Shown one piece after another: positions 15,256 to 16,707 of a stretch of 16,707 nt of DNA. Below the pieces are notes generated by a model that had not been told where the DNA came from, searched no databases, and saw only the letters and a program-made list of their open reading frames with translations. The position numbers were made by a program, and so were the translations under genes. Positions within the stretch are counted from its first letter, which is position 1. Each line of letters starts with the position of its first letter. This DNA comes from Phycisphaerales bacterium (lineage in GTDB: Bacteria; Planctomycetota; Phycisphaerae; WQYP01), in the NCBI GenBank assembly GCA_027451365.1, contig DAIDJN010000012.1:1-16707 (forward strand). The letters are read 5' to 3'.

Positions 15256-16392
15256 GTGCGAATAGGCTTCTTAAGACTTCTGGATGCCGCTCCGCTGATT
15301 ATGGCGGGGCACCTTGGCTATTTTACGGCTGCCGGTGTATCGGTTTCTCTTCATCGACAGACGGGCTGGATGAATGCTCGCGACCAGTTGCTGGCCGGCT
15401 TTTTAGATGCGAGCCAAGCCCCTATAGGCATGCCGATCATGAGTCAGACCGGGCGCGCCGGTTTTGAAAAGCCGCTGGTGGCGGTGATGAATCTTGGCTC
15501 GGGTGGCAACGTATTTGTGCTGTCCAGCGAATTGGCGCAGGCAGGCGTTGATTCCATAGCCAGTCTGGCGCACTTTGTCCGCAGCCAGACATTTCATCAG
15601 GTGCTGAACCGAACATTGATCGGCTCTTATGTCTCCACCTATTCCGGACAATACTATTTATTGCGAAACTGGCTGGAAGCGGCCGGTTTGTCGGAAAACA
15701 GACATATTCGGCTCACTCCCCTGATGCCCGCACAGGTGCCGGAACATCTGGCGCATGGCTATGTGGATGTCTGCTGCATCGGCGAGCCTTGGGGTACCCG
15801 GTGCGTCAGTTATGGGTGGGGCACAATAATTGGTGCGACCACTGATGTGTTGCCGCATCATCCGGAAAAAGTTCTCGCGTTTACAGAGCAATTTGCCGCA
15901 GCGCACTCGCCGGAAGTGATCCGAGCGGTAGAGGCGGTGTTGCGGGGGGCGGACTTTTGCAGCCAGCCGCGAAATATGGATACACTTGTCGAGGTGCTTT
16001 CGCATCCTGCCCATCTGGACGAGTCACCAGATATTATTCGCCGCAGCCTGATGCTCGGAGTTTCGGATGCTTTTCCAACGCCTGGGCGAGATGATTTCGC
16101 CGATGTTGGAGCAACCCCGATGCGGCGATCCGACGCAGCCCCTGTACGAAGTTGGAACGCGTCCGATTGTTATCCGGACAGTGCCGCCATGGAATGGTTT
16201 TTGGGACAGATGGTCCGGTGGCATGATCTTGTGGCGGGTCCGGAATTGCAACTGGTTGCCCAGCGCAGTGTTCGCACTGACTTTTTTGAGCAGGCCGCCG
16301 CCCGGCTGGGATTGCCGCACGTTGCGGCAGATTCGAGCCAAAGTTTGAAATGGCGCAATATACAACCGGCGGTCACACCAATCGCCGTTTAA
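15256..16392 (+). CDS. CmpA/NrtA-family anion-binding protein without signal peptide (NasS-like)
   Basis: RIGFLRLLDAAPL, GWMNARD, LLRNWL, CIGEPWG and HPEKVL motifs. The protein begins directly at the first beta-strand, with no Tat, Sec or lipoprotein signal. Confidence 0.87.
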   Translation: MRIGFLRLLDAAPLIMAGHLGYFTAAGVSVSLHRQTGWMNARDQLLAGFLDASQAPIGMPIMSQTGRAGFEKPLVAVMNLGSGGNVFVLSSELAQAGVDSIASLAHFVRSQTFHQVLNRTLIGSYVSTYSGQYYLLRNWLEAAGLSENRHIRLTPLMPAQVPEHLAHGYVDVCCIGEPWGTRCVSYGWGTIIGATTDVLPHHPEKVLAFTEQFAAAHSPEVIRAVEAVLRGADFCSQPRNMDTLVEVLSHPAHLDESPDIIRRSLMLGVSDAFPTPGRDDFADVGATPMRRSDAAPVRSWNASDCYPDSAAMEWFLGQMVRWHDLVAGPELQLVAQRSVRTDFFEQAAARLGLPHVAADSSQSLKWRNIQPAVTPIAV

Positions 16393-16570
16393 AATATTTC
16401 GCCTGCCGGGCGGCGCGGACGCTTGGCATGGCAAAAAATGTTTGCCGCTTAGCTTAGATGTGCCGCCAAGCTGCAGCTTTATAGATTCCATCTCGGCTTG
16501 ACGATGCTTTCACTGAGCAATGATTCGGACGAGAGCTTATAAGCCAGGAGTTAAAATGCAAATGGTCTAA

Positions 16571-16707
16571 GAAACTATCTCAAAAGAGGGTTTTCCGTTA
16601 CAATCATGGCCGGTATTAAGAAAGGAGCCATGGATGGCCAAGCGTAAAAAAGCGGTGGAACCGCTGCCCACGATCTGGCGAGTGAACGATGAACTCTGGG
16701 CAATCAT
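16571..16707 (+). mobile_element. Left end of an IS5-family insertion sequence, truncated by the window
   Basis: TAA followed by GAAACTATCTCAAAA resembles an IS5-family target plus terminal repeat; a transposase-like start follows 63 nt inside. Confidence 0.65.
16634..16707 (+). CDS. IS5-family transposase N-terminus (partial; not in the ORF track)
   Basis: AAGGAG RBS (16622-16627), then ATG 16634 MAKRKKAVEPLPTIWRVNDELWAI. The D..W..I pattern matches the DUF4096-like N-terminus of IS5 transposases. Confidence 0.72.
   Translation, partial: MAKRKKAVEPLPTIWRVNDELWAI

Noticed and set aside
4471..16392. ald, nitronate monooxygenase, siroheme synthesis and NasS-like genes as one nitro-compound assimilation pathway
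   Set aside because: The genes lie in separate, differently oriented units interleaved with prfB and TerC, there is no nitrite reductase here, and the monooxygenase assignment is doubtful.
1..16707. Whole window as a composite transposon between two IS ends
   Set aside because: The two ends look like different IS families and the cargo is core housekeeping (prfB, hemA, HU). Independent insertions, or assembly breaks at repeats, explain it better.

Overview
This is mostly chromosomal, housekeeping-type bacterial DNA; the gene set suggests Planctomycetota/Phycisphaerae, which is an inference. Both ends are cut by insertion sequences: an IS1202/IS481-like end with tandem 20-bp subterminal repeats at left, and the start of an IS5-family transposase at right. 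In order, the genes are a CatE-like VOC protein with an operator-overlapped promoter, a STAS anti-anti-sigma factor and RsbW-like kinase, HU/IHF, two hypothetical proteins, alanine dehydrogenase, a His-rich exported protein behind an ECF-type promoter, a divergent HExxH lipoprotein-TerC pair, frameshifted prfB, a 4-Cys nitronate monooxygenase-family flavoprotein, a sirC-ccsA/hemX-hemA operon, and an orphan NasS/NrtA-like protein behind a sigma54 promoter. I see no CRISPR array, tRNA or rRNA. The best leads are a prfB frameshift site lacking the usual internal Shine-Dalgarno, a possible envelope metallation module (His-rich protein, HExxH lipoprotein, divergent TerC), and the cytoplasmic NasS-like protein with altered pocket residues.
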